Positions 25,481 through 37,140 of a stretch of 64,000 nt of DNA are shown here, piece by piece. Positions within the stretch are counted from its first letter, which is position 1; the number at the start of each line of letters is the position of its first letter. Source of the stretch: Prorocentrum cordatum (Eukaryota); NCBI GenBank assembly GCA_963575745.1, contig CAUYUJ010000137.1, positions 248,001-312,000 of the forward strand. Reading direction: 5' to 3'. The notes under the pieces were generated by a model. It searched no databases, was not told the origin of the DNA, and saw nothing but the letters and a program-made list of their open reading frames with translations. A program made the translations under genes and the position numbers.

Positions 25481-26953
25481 GCCTGTCCCCCCAATTGTTG
25501 CCCCTGACGCGGCGGCGATTGAAGGGGGGACCTGAGAAAATGTCTCAGAAGGCAGGGGGACCTGCGAGCCTTCTGAGAAGGCCCGCCTCACTTCCCCCCT
25601 CACTCGCCACCCCCCCTACCCGTCGGTCCGAAGAAGCTGGTGGAAGCAAATAGTAGGAATGCGATGAGAGTAGATTGGGTTTCCGGAAACAAGAAAGAGA
25701 AAGGAAAAAACACTCGACGTTTGAAGTCGGAAGGCGGTTAAAACAGAGGAGGATCTGATAATCCAAAAAAATAAGAACTTTCAACGACCGGCGTGTACCG
25801 TTGCCCCTGACGAGAGGAAGTCTAGGCGTCTCCCGCTCTCTTCTCGTCACGTTGTCTCTTCTCGAAGCCGCATCCCCCATTCGCCGTCGCGCGGTCGGCG
25901 CGCCCAAGTGCGGAGCCGTGACCCAGGGTACGCATGGCCTGCGGCCGCCCCCGCCGACCACAAGAGAGATGTGGGCGCCGACGGCGCATACCCACTAGCA
26001 GGGGGTATGGCGACCCCACCTCCCGCCTTTGCAGGAGCTTCAACTGGACAAGAGATTTGAGGCTAAACTCGGGGATAACCAATTCTCGAGAGGGGCGCGT
26101 CCGACGTAGCCCTGTTGGATTGGGAACTCAGGGATCGAGGGGAAAATCGCCTGCGACTCCACCATGCGACATTCCCAGATCTCCTCGCGATGCGAACCAA
26201 AAATCACGACGGAGGAGTTCGGGGCAACTTCGGCGTCCATCCGGGCCCCGGAACAGCTTGAACACAACTCGGGATGGAAAAACTGCAGGGGACAGGGTCC
26301 AGACCTCGGGGGGCGGGGGGGGCACGATACGAAAAATCACGAGGAACGACTTGGAGTACCGTGTGGGACCTGCTCTAGAACAGGAACATACCGTAGACGG
26401 ATCTACCATTTCTCCGACCTTGTAAATGCTTCGAACGCAACGGCCGCGCTGTCTATACACGGATCCGCCTCGAACGCATCTGTATACGCAACGCCACGCA
26501 ATGTGTCCATAGACGCTTGTGGTTAGAAAGTGAGATCGGTATTTGGCACAGGCCCCAAATATTGGTCTTCTAGAAGCATGTCGGCTTTGCCTTCCGAGGT
26601 TGGAGTCCTGGGTTGAAGACGGAGGACTGGGGCAAGAGAGCCTGGAATCGAATCGATGAGTCGAATCAGCGATCGAAATTAATCGGGTCGGCGGCAATCG
26701 GCAGCCGATGCCGGAAAAAGTCGGGTTGGCGATAAATCGGCAGGCTGGTATGCTTCTATGAAGAAGTCGGAACCCAAGTCGGCATCCCAAAATTGAACCG
26801 AATCGGAATCGGAAGCCATCGAACCGAATCGAACCGGAGGAATCGAAACGAGCCCCGCCTGCGGCTGGCGCATCGGCTGCCTGCAGCGCCTCCACGGCCC
26901 CCTCGGGAACGGAGCTGGGGGCCCCCCCTTCGCTGCTCCCCCCTCTGCAAGGC

Positions 26954-27127
26954 TTAGGTCGGGCATGTCCTCCTACAGGGGGATTTTGAACGACAAATTC
27001 AAGAATACTGACCAAATCTTCAAATGTAAAAAAACTATATATATATATATATATATATAACGCATCCCCATACATCTTTATGACTATTTTTGAATCTTCC
27101 TCCTGTAGAGGGACAGGCCCGATTTAA
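26954..27127. mobile_element. hAT-like MITE, copy 1 (8-bp TSD TGCAAGGC/TGCCAGGC)
   Basis: 30-bp TIR TTAGGTCGGGCaTGTCCyyCTACAGG; AT-rich core. Confidence 0.88.
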
Positions 27128-27423
27128 TGCCAGGCCTTCAGCGCACCTCGCCTCGTCGTGGACGGGGGACCCCATGGGAAAACGTTGCCGAGGCGTCCCG
27201 AAGCTGCAGACAAGAGTGAGGTGGCTGACGCGGGGGTAGGTCGCGGGGCGGGTCGCCGGGAGGGCGCGGGATGCGTCGCGGGTGGGTCGCGAGTGGGTCG
27301 CAGGCGAGGACGACAACAACAACGCAGCAACAATCCGCACCGCGGAACCCCACTTCAGCCACGCGACCAGGGACAGTGGATGACCGTTCGGCCTCCTCAC
27401 TCTGATTCTTTTTAGACATGCGC

Positions 27424-27560
27424 GTTCCACTACTCGCAAAGTGACTACTCGCAAATGGCCTGAATCCGCTGGGGGGGGATCTACGAGAAATTACATTTAA
27501 GCAAACAGGTGTTGTTTTTTTTCCGACGTTTGCGAGTGGGCACTTTGCGAGCAGTGGAAC
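27424..27560. mobile_element. MITE, probable 4-bp TSD (GCGC), inside the GLRG exon of copy D
   Basis: TIR GTTCCACTrCTCGCAAAGTGmCyACTCGCAAA. Confidence 0.75.
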
Positions 27561-29091
27561 GCGCTCGGTGATTTCCACCACCATGACCACCGCCAGGGGG
27601 ATCGATCCTCGGAGACCTCGGCGAGCGGTGGGCGTGGACACGTGAGGACCCAGCGCCGAAGAGCCGCGCGGCTCGAACACACAGGCGATCGGGCGCGCAC
27701 GGCAGGCCTGAACTTGGGGCAGCTTCCGGCATCCGGTTCGCCCGGGTGGTCGCCGCCGCCCTGGCAGGGGGGTGCGCGCGCTCGCGCGGAACCGGGCGGT
27801 GTGCCTGCGGGTCGCAGAATTGGCGGACGTGCCAGAAAGGATGCTTGCCAGCGTGGGCTCTGGACGTGTGCGCACGCGATGCGGTAGCTGTGCGGTGCAG
27901 GCCACGTGGTGCAAGCTCTGCGGTGTGAGCTGTGTGGCGCAAGCTGTGTGGTGCACGCTGCGCAGTACACCACACGTCGTGTAAGCCATGCAGTGCAAGC
28001 TATGCGGTGCAAACAGGGGGCGCCCACGAGGCGCCAGGCACCGGGCGAAAACCAAGAACTACCGGTGAGCGAGCGGTTTTGGGAAGCAAAACGGTCGGAA
28101 GCCCTTGCGAGAGTTCTCCAGCCCTGAATGCCGTTGCGTCCGCGCAAGCGCTGGACACTTCAGCATGCGTGATGATAACTGTGAAGAGGCATCCAGCAGC
28201 ATTGAGATATTAAGAGAGTCGCAACCCATCCGTACTTATTGACACGGCTCCTGCGGGGCGTGCCACACTGTCACGAGAAGATGGACATGCCACAGCCAAT
28301 GCTAACCGAAGTGTCCATGGTGAAAGTGAGTAATTTTCCTTCGGCAAAGGGCAGCCCAGAATGGGCAATGGAAGACACGGAGAGCGAGACATGAGGAAAC
28401 CAATGAGGGGGCAAATGGTCATTGCACTGGCCTTGCAGACGTGCTGCAGCGAGTTTTCTGCTTGGATTTTCGCGCTGAGTTTTGCCCGAAGCGGCGAGCG
28501 AAAAACAAAGAGAACTTCACGTGGATTGTTTGTAGTCTTCATTCGTGGCCCAAAAATCCGCACGAAATTCACTTCGAAGTCCGGAAAGAAATTCTCCAGG
28601 ACACTCTGGGCCCATCCTGTCGTTTTCCGAACGAAACCCGCTCTGCGATGTGGGCGCCATGAAAATGGGGGCTCACAAAGATAACACAGCCCACCCCTGC
28701 GCATCTGTGCGGCCAGAGCTGGGCGGGATCTCCCCTCCCGGTCAGCCTCCGAGTGCCTCCGAGGGCCGATCGCCCGCCGGGGCCTCCAAGGTCGTGGGAG
28801 GTCGCCCGAGGGCATGTCGCGACGAGCGCTGAAAAGCTCCCCTTTTTGGCCAGAAGATTCCCGCGCACCCCGTCGACTCCAGCGGTCCAGAGTCGGGGAG
28901 ACACACAGCCAACGCGCATGACCAGGATGCGCGGTGAGGGTGCAAGGGCCTTGGATGCGGCAGGGGTACGCATTTCGAGCGGGGCGCGGCCAGCGAAAGT
29001 GGCCGAGGATGGGCCGAAGGGGAAGGATGCCAGGGCAACCTTGGAAAATCGATCATCCCTACTGCGCGGGTTGACTGTACTCTGGGTTTCT

Positions 29092-29249
29092 AAATCAGCG
29101 TGGGGGGTACCCCCCCGACGAGGGTCAACCTCGCCTCGTCGTCGCGCCGCGACGGGGGTCGGAGCGCCTTCGGCGCGCGGTGGCTGCCCGCGACGGGGGT
29201 CGATGTGGGGCTGTCGGCGGCGGGGGTGACGCCCCCCCCGACGCTAATT
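29092..29249. mobile_element. Short inverted-repeat element
   Basis: AATCAGCGTGGGGGGTACCCCCC / GGGGGTGACGCCCCCCCCGACGCTAATT. Confidence 0.55.
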
Positions 29250-29899
29250 ACGAAGCTCGGAATACGGGGAACGGGGTTGGCCTGACGTGGCTGTCAACAT
29301 CCGGGACGGGCCCGTCAAAAGGGGTTGGCAGGATCCGAGTTCTGGCGCGCTCGGATCCTGCGTCTCCCGGGCAGCGAAGAGCAGGGGCCGGGCCTCAGAA
29401 CTGCGGCGCCGACGCCCAGACTGGCTTCTCGTTCCCTCTTGTCTCCGCTGTTGGAGGACAAAGCGCAAAAGCAACATCGGCAACACAGCCACAGATCGAC
29501 TCACCTCAGATCCCATGCAGAGGTCGGGAGGGCTTCCCTCCAGGGCAGTCGACCAACATGTGCCTACACCAGTATCCTACAACATGGCGAATGCTTGCCG
29601 AATCTTGGACATGACATGTGTTCACTCTCGTGGCAGCCTGCACGCTTTGGGGGGTCCTTGCAGCCCACGGGGTGGCCGCTATGCCAGCTGCCGACGACCA
29701 GCACATGCGCACTGGACCAAGGGTGCGATGACCTCCGGCCGCACACAGAATTCGTTCATGCTCACTCCCGGGGCCCCGAACACACAAGCGATCAACACGT
29801 GCACTTTCCCCAAGGGCACGTGCAGTGAAATCCGCCGATCCAGCGTGTGAGTTTCAAAAAGAGCGTGAGCTTGAGCTCTGCTTGAGTTCCGCTCTGCAT

Positions 29900-30300
29900 G
29901 TGTGGGGGGTCAGTGTTTTCGCTCCCCCCGCCTCCGCTCTGCAGGGGGGGGTCAGCGCTTTCGCCCTTCCCGCCTCCGCTCTGCAGGGGGTGGGGGGGGT
30001 CAGCGCTTTCCCCCCCGCCTCCGCTCTGCGGGGGGGGGGGGTCAGCGCTTTCGCCGTCCCCTCCGCTCTGCTAGGGAGGGGGGGGGATTGTCAGCGCTTT
30101 TGCTCCTGCCTCCGATCTGCAGGGGGTCAGCGCTTGCGCCCCTCCCCTCCGCTCTGCCAAGGGGGGGGTCAGCGGCGATTTCGCCACCGCCTCCGCTCTA
30201 CAGGGGGGTGGGGTCGGCGCTTTCGTTCGCCCCCGCCTCCGCTCTGCAGGGGGAGGGGGGGGTTCAGCGCTTTCGCCCTCACTCCGCTCTGCAGGGTGGG
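29900..30300 (+). repeat. ~30-40-bp minisatellite (GGGGGTCAGCGCTTTCGCCCCCGCCTCCGCTCTGCA)
   Basis: About eleven tandem units. Confidence 0.92.
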
Positions 30301-30319
30301 GGGTCGTTGGTCGTCCGTT

Positions 30320-30355
<36 letters not shown>

Positions 30356-30789
30356 CATGTCCACCGGCATCCAGAGCGCCCCGGATCGGCGGCACTGGCC
30401 AGAGGCTACTACAATACAGTCGATGAAGTCGAATTTTCGCATCTGTGGGCGGCAAATCGCTTGTTGCCGTGCCATCGCAGAATGCCATCAAATCTCGCGG
30501 AATGTCTACGGCAAATCGCGAGGCGGCCGCCTCGGTCGCTGTCGGAATGGGAGGGATGTGCGAAGGTGTAACCGCTCCATCCGCCACCGTGCCTGCACGA
30601 TGTGTGCGCGTTAGAATGCCAGGTTCCCTTCTGCATGGCTTGCATCCACTACATGACAACCCCTCCTCTAGCCGCGGAAAGACCCAGGCATACTCACTGC
30701 CCCCGAGGCCACGGCCCCCTGTAGAAGACAGAGGATCCGCGCAACCGAGGCCACGGTCCCATGAAGAAAAAACGAGGCGTCCGCGTCCC

Positions 30790-33190
30790 GAGCTTCCAAG
30801 ACGGCCCAGGCAGGCAACCAAGGCAACCAAGACGGCCCGAGATGCCTCGAAGACGGGCCAAGATGGCCCGAAGGCGGCCGAATATGGCCTCAAGACGGCC
30901 CAAGATGCCTCCAAGAGGGCCCCAAAAGGACCTCCAACAGGACCCGAAGAAACCGAAATCATTGATTCCAACAGGACCTCGTCTCGCTTTCTCGCCTTTT
31001 CGGGCTTCCGTCAGCTAAAGACGGCCCAAGAAGCTTCCACGATAAGATGGCCCAAGACGACCCCACGAGGCCCCAAGAGGCCCCAAGGACAGCCCAAGAG
31101 GGCCTCCCCTGGGACCTGGGACCCAAAACGGCATTAGAAGGCCTTTCGATTGCCCAACGCGGCGACAAGACGGCCCCACGACGGTCCACAGGCACCCACC
31201 ATACGGCCAAGAGGGCTCCGAGACGGCCCAAGAGATCCCAAGACGGCCTAAGAGGTCATCAAAACGGTCCCAAAAGGGTCCCGAAAACTGCCACACAGGA
31301 GCCCAAAAAAGCCACAAGGCAGCCCCAACGAGAAACATCAGATCTCCTCGAATCAGCCACCGTACCCTCAACGCACGAGTTGGAGTGTCCTCAGGCCCTT
31401 GGCCTGGCAATCCTCAGTCCTGGGGATCCCTTCAGGGGCACACTCCAAATAACCAATTCTCCCCAGGATTGGCGCGTGCCTCATGGGCTCACTGGAAACT
31501 TGTCGCTGCTGCATTTTCCGATGCCCAAGAGGGCCCAAATACGCCCAAGACAGCCTCCAGTCGGCAGGAAAAGCGCCGAGACGTCCCAAGAGGCCTCCGA
31601 ACAGCTCCCCAAGAGGGCACGGATAGGCCACAATCAGGTATTCCCATTAAGATGTTCAATGTTTTGGGGGTTCCCCACTTGTCGAGCTTCCAAGGCAACA
31701 CGACGTCCCACGAGCCCCCGAAACAGCGCCAAGACGGCCGAAGAGGCCCCCAAGCGAGCCCCAGAACGGCTCAAGAGCGCCCCAAGACGGCCCAAGAGGC
31801 GCCCAAGACGGCCCAAGAGGGCGCCTCAGAGGGGCCAAAGATCGGGAACACGAACCGAACATCCGAGTCGCCCGCCCCAAGATGCGCCCAGGGGAGCCCC
31901 AAGAGGCACCATCACCACCATCATCACCATCATCACCATCGTCACCATCATCATAAGCATCAGCATCAGCATCAGCATCAGCAGCATCAGCATCAGCATC
32001 CAAATCACCATCATCATGACCATCGGCATCAGCATCATCAGCAGCATCATCAGTATCGTCAGCATCATCATCAGCAGCATCGGCATCAGCATCGTCGTCA
32101 CCATCATCAGTATCGTGAGCCGCAGCATCAACAGCATCATCAGCATCATAATCAGCTCATCTGCAGCATAATCATCAGTAGCATCATCATTAGCATCAGC
32201 GTCAGCATCGTCTTCAGCATTATCATCAGCAACATCAGCATCAGCAGCATCATCATCACCATCATCATAAGTACCACCGCCACCCCAACAATCATCATCA
32301 GTAGCATCAGCACCATCATCATCCCCAGCATCATCGGGAGCATCATCATCACCTACTCATCAGCATCAGCAGCTTCATATTCGTAGTCATCAGCATCAGC
32401 ATCATCACAATCATAAATAAGCATCATCATCATGATCGGATTGGTCATCCAAAAACGCCTAGGCATCAAACTCATCAGCCTCACCATCATCACCATCCTC
32501 AGGTTCATCATCAGCATCACAATCATCATCATCATCAGCATGAGCATCACCACCATCATCAGCATCACCATCAACAGATAACCAGCATCACCATCATCAT
32601 CATCACCATTTAAGCATCCTCAAAATGGACTCGCCATCGAATCATCATCATCATCAGCATCCTCATCATCATCAGCACCATCATACACATTAGCATGCAC
32701 ATCTACACCATTATCATCATCACCACCACCACCAAAATCAGTATCACCACAGCCAGCACCACCACCATTAGCATCTTCATCATCAGCATTGGTATCATCG
32801 TCGTCAGTAGCATCATCATCATCATCGTCATCAGCATCGTCATCATCATCAGCATCACCACCACCAACATCAGCATCAGCATCAACCTGGTCGTCATCGT
32901 CTTCATCATCAGCATCAGCATCAGCATCAGCACATAATCAGCAACATCCTCATCCTCATCCTCATCATCATCCTCATCCGCCTCCTCCTCCTCCGTCTGC
33001 TCAATATCATCATCATCAGCAACAACATCATCACCATCATCCTCATCAACATCACCACTATCAACATCATGGCTCACCGAAGCCAGGAGACACGAAGTGT
33101 CATACGTAATGGCCTCCCGTGACCCCTCGAAAAATCGCCACCCGAAATGCTGGACTGGCACGGTGGCGGGACTAGCCTCAAGCAGCTCGG
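30790..33190 (+). repeat. CCAAGA-rich element followed by a 1.1-kb (CAT/CAG)n tract and conserved 3' end
   Basis: Repeat body 30790-31905; microsatellite 31908-33070; end motif 33088-33190. Confidence 0.88.
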
Positions 33191-34929
33191 TAACAACATG
33201 ATGCACGACAGCGACCCCATGGATGGTGGAACAGGGGATGATGGTGGCTGATGGTCTGAAGGGCAATAACTCTTAGGGCAGTGGCCAGCGATGTCCGATT
33301 GATGGTACCACGATGCTACACACTGCGTATCCCTACTTAGTTGAGTCCCCGTCTCTGCCAGGCACTCACATACGTGCTGAATTCGAGAGAGAACCCTCGC
33401 CTCCGCGACGAGTCGAGCGAGAACCCACCCCCGTCTCAGAGCATCGGCTCAGAGAATATCTAAACCAAGGCAGAGGTGTACACTCCGCTCTGGATGAGCG
33501 CCTGCGTCGGTTTCCCCCATCACGGTATGTACTGGAGGGTTCTGGCTTGGTCTCTGATGACGTACCCCTGTGTGCCATGGCTTCTGGTGGCCTCTTGGCT
33601 TCGTATAGCCCAATATGGACTTGTCCCCACTGGCGTTCTGTGTCGTACTCTGCTCTGGCTGGTCGGCTTCTTACGGCTTCCGGAAGCTCTCCCACCCCCA
33701 CCCCCCTCCTCCACTGCACCTGTTCCGCAGACTCCGACAGCCGCTTGACTGTGGATGGCTTCCTATGGCATTCCCCCCACTGGCGCTGTGTGTCACGCCT
33801 TACTATGGCTTCCCCCGTACTGTCCCTGTGGTATTTTCGATTGGCCGTTTGGATCCCTGTGGGTTCTTCTGGTGGCCCTACCCACTGGGCCTGTGTACTG
33901 CACTTTCGTTATGGTGGCATGTGTTATGGTGGACTGACTTATCAAAATTATTCCCCTGTGGCCCTGGGTGGCATGGGTTGCACCCAACCGGGAGAAACCC
34001 ATGGATTGTACCAGACAAGTTACACACAACATAATAAAACCCAAGAGGGCGCACCGCAGAGGCTGCACCGATTATGTCCCCCTTCGAAAGGAGAACATAA
34101 CCTACAACCCCCCACCCCCCAGATATTACTTACGAATCTGCCTCATCGTGCATTCCCTATGAACTCATATCACCCCATGCGGGCTGGTCATGTCTTCGTC
34201 CATTCGTGCATGCATATCGAAAAAAAACTACTCTAGCGCACGCGTTCATTGCAAAGAATATCTTCAAAGATCCCCTCACAGAAACTGCACAAAACCTTCG
34301 CGCGCACATGTCGAAATCCCGACAACACACACCAGGGTTGCACATGTCGGCGTAAACGCATTCTAAAACGCGATATAATGTCACATCACATCTTGCAGAC
34401 GCCTACTTGCTCAAACGTTTCCTGGATGACCATCGGAGCGTAGCATATGCTTACGACATTGGTCCAGAACCCGCATTCAGCATCCCACCACGCGGTGCAT
34501 CCACGCTGATGCAGCATGCGGCGAGTGGACGAAGGCGCATCAACAACAATGCGGAGAACGCACGCAAATTGCCACGCGCGCTCGAGCGTTGCCATTGTTT
34601 CCTGGCGAATTGCAAATAGAGCCCCCCCCAACCGTACTAAACAAAACTACGTGTTTCCATCAAATGGTACGCCATGGATATTGGATTCCCGCGCGCGCGC
34701 CATTCCTTACCGTCGCCGTGGTCCGCGCCGCCGCACCACGTCAGCATCGTCGTCGATCGCGGCCATTGCGGCCATTAGCACGTAAGCAACGTTCAATGTC
34801 GACGCATGGGCAATATCATTGCCGTCGTGGCCAACATTGGCGCCGTCATTGGCTTTGCCGTCGTCACCGTCACCACCGCCACCACCATGACGTATATCAT
34901 CATCGTTGCCGACATTGACAACGCCATCA

Positions 34930-37140
34930 TGATATCACGCCCGCCTGAATCACCGACCCGAATTTAACTGCCCGCGCGCAAGCGCGGCCTTTGAGGCGCG
35001 CTTGGGGGCTGCCATCGCGGCTGCATTGGCTGTGACAAGCCAGCTGGCCGCTCTGCGTGCGAGCTTGCGCGCGCCAGTAAGGCCGCAAAGATAGGCCAAC
35101 AATCAGTTTTCGCAATCGCAGCCGCGTGGATGTTACAGAACAATTTGCGGGTGGGAGTGGGACGGTTGCGCGCGCAGGGGGCCGACAACCAATGAACTTG
35201 TAAAAACTCATCTCAAAGGAATATGCGCTCAGCCCCCCGCCCCGCTGGAACGCCGCAAAGAACGCTCGAGTCCGCCCAATCGCGCATGCACCAGATACGA
35301 ACGCAGACAATTCCAGCTAGGCTGGTTGCCCCCCCCTCCCCCCTCAATCATAATGTGCGCGCACGCGTCGATCGCAAACCATCCTGTTCCAAAAGCCCCT
35401 TGAAAAGAAAACCACAACGCCCACACGCGCACACACGTCTTAACCGTACAAAGCGCACGCAGGCTACGAGCGCAAAACAATGTTAAAAACATGTTCGATC
35501 ACAGATCTCGCACATTCTCTGCTCCAGGAGAACTTGCTGAAGTCATGATACAACGCCAGCCCGAATCACCGACCTACACTGGATGTCCCGCCTGCCACCG
35601 CGGCGTTTGAGGTGGGCAGGGAAACTCCGATCGGTAAGCGCCAGCGCGGCCGCAAGGGCTGTGCCAACCCAGCTGACCGCCATGCGCGCTAGCTTGCGCG
35701 TGCTAGCGCAGCAGAATGCATGCGCCATCGAATGCCAAGTAGTCACCGCAGACGCGGCCGCATGATGGTCATGCAAAACAAGCTGTGGGAGGCTGTGATG
35801 ATTGCGCGCGAGCAGTCTGGTTGACGACTTCAGGTTCTGTAAGGTAGATTGCACCCCGTAGGTTGCATCGCAAATATTTCCCCGAATAAGCCGAATCACT
35901 GAAGGTGGTCCACGCGCTGCCATCATTGGGACTCGAAGCTCGGCGTCACCCTGGAGGGGATCTCCCTCGGAAGGGGCAAATGCTCGAGTTCACCGCAACT
36001 TGCCCCAATACTAGTTGCCCAGAACGCAACATGCAACGTGGGGCGACACGCACAGCCGAGGACGGACTCGTCACGCACACCACAAGGGCCACCCCGAGGA
36101 AACGCCTGACGCGCGAACAACCCACGAGAAGCGCACGACCCCTGACATGGTCGTGCCACAGAAGATCCTGCAGGCAACTGCCGCCTCACGAAACCTGCAT
36201 CTTCGGGGTCGTTGTCGGTCCCAGCTCGGCTTCGATTTCGCAGTGTAGAGCCCTCATGCTGACACTATGCAGACTCCCGAGCTGCACCATCGAACGATGG
36301 GTCCCCTCCCAGATGCAGCCTCTTGGCCCGCGGAACCCCGCCCCGATCCTCCAGAACAACAGTTCGAAACAGATTCGCCCAGCATGGACTATCGTTACCG
36401 TGCGCTCCGACAACACGCACCCATAGCCCCCTCCGTCCCCCCTACGGGTATAGGTGCGTGTTGTTCGTTCGCCATGCGTCCCCCGCGGCTACAGATGCCT
36501 CGGCGTCGCCGAAGCTCGTGGCGATGGCCGCGCCCAACGAGCGCATCGCTCCTAGGGCCGCCCGCGAGGGGCGCCGCCCGAAAGCCGCCGCCCCAGCGCG
36601 CGCGCGCCAGCTGCGGGGAGGCGGCTACTTGCCCAGACCGAAGACATCACTGATGATTTTTGGAGGCAGCTTGGCGGCGCGCACAAGGTGGAGGGAGGGG
36701 GGAGGGCTTCTTGGGAGGCTGCTTCTTAGAAGGCGGCGGCCCTGTATCTACGTATAAGGCCCGCGCCTTCTAAGAAGCAGGGGTGCTTTTAAGAAGCCCT
36801 CCGCCCTCCCCCCACCCCCCTCTGCGCGTGGCTGAGCAGCTCCTGGGAGGTCATTGTGGGAACTCCCAGCATTCAGAGCTATCAGGGGCCGAGTGCCTGG
36901 GAGCTCCCACAAGGAAGGATCACCATGAATGAACTCAAGGGGTCCTTGTGGGAACTCCCGGCTCCAGGGGTCCTGTGGCCGGACGGAAGGGCACAGAGCT
37001 AGTCGGACGAGTGAGGGCCGAAGAGGCCCAAGCATGAGCCGGCGACCCTGAGCCAGCTTAGGACAGCACTCCACCACGGGTATATAAGCTCCAGCGCTGA
37101 GTACAAATCCCCAGGGGGTCGGAATCCCTCGGCGGCGCAC
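34930..37140 (-). pseudogene. SLC9C/SOS1-like relic, copy C (N-terminal TM part only)
   Basis: Acceptor ctcccag|G at 37140 followed by GIPTPWGFVLSAG; WANLFRTVVL (~36370); LEHLPLP...NDGSAWTTF (35900-35990); KLARMAVSWVGTALAAAL (~35670). The TM7 segment is duplicated at ~34930-35200. Confidence 0.55.
36671..36835. mobile_element. MITE, TTGG...CTGA ends, 5-bp TSD (GCAGC)
   Basis: GCAGC at 36666-36670 and 36836-36840; palindromic body. Confidence 0.82.

Larger units (their letters stand above)
20780..30650 (-). pseudogene. SLC9C-like exchanger relic, copy D (near full length)
   Basis: GILTRTHRAGT (~30600); ALFE..ISLHV..APGVSMN (29750-29870); AML*DT..GI*GESICGCVADVAF (29460-29590; ATDP/GESLxND); WTA..GVRGNL..GSFSA (28784-28949), joined by a GC-AG intron to KLLTFTMDTSVSIGCGMSIF (from 28338); GLRGSIPLAVVMVVE (27570-27617); PLENW (~26090); ARVSRSVWSLCR..GCNSKEINIL (23400-23500); QPLL..ALVDGRAH (20800-20950). 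In-frame stops and frameshifts are present. Confidence 0.72.

Noticed and set aside
29520..29560. DNA methyltransferase motif IV (GFPPGQS)
   Set aside because: Lacks the PCQ cysteine; the opposite strand encodes the exchanger GES region.
31047..32386. His/Gln- or Ile/Ser-rich ORFs (likewise 41675-43290 and 48322-50612)
   Set aside because: Microsatellite translations.
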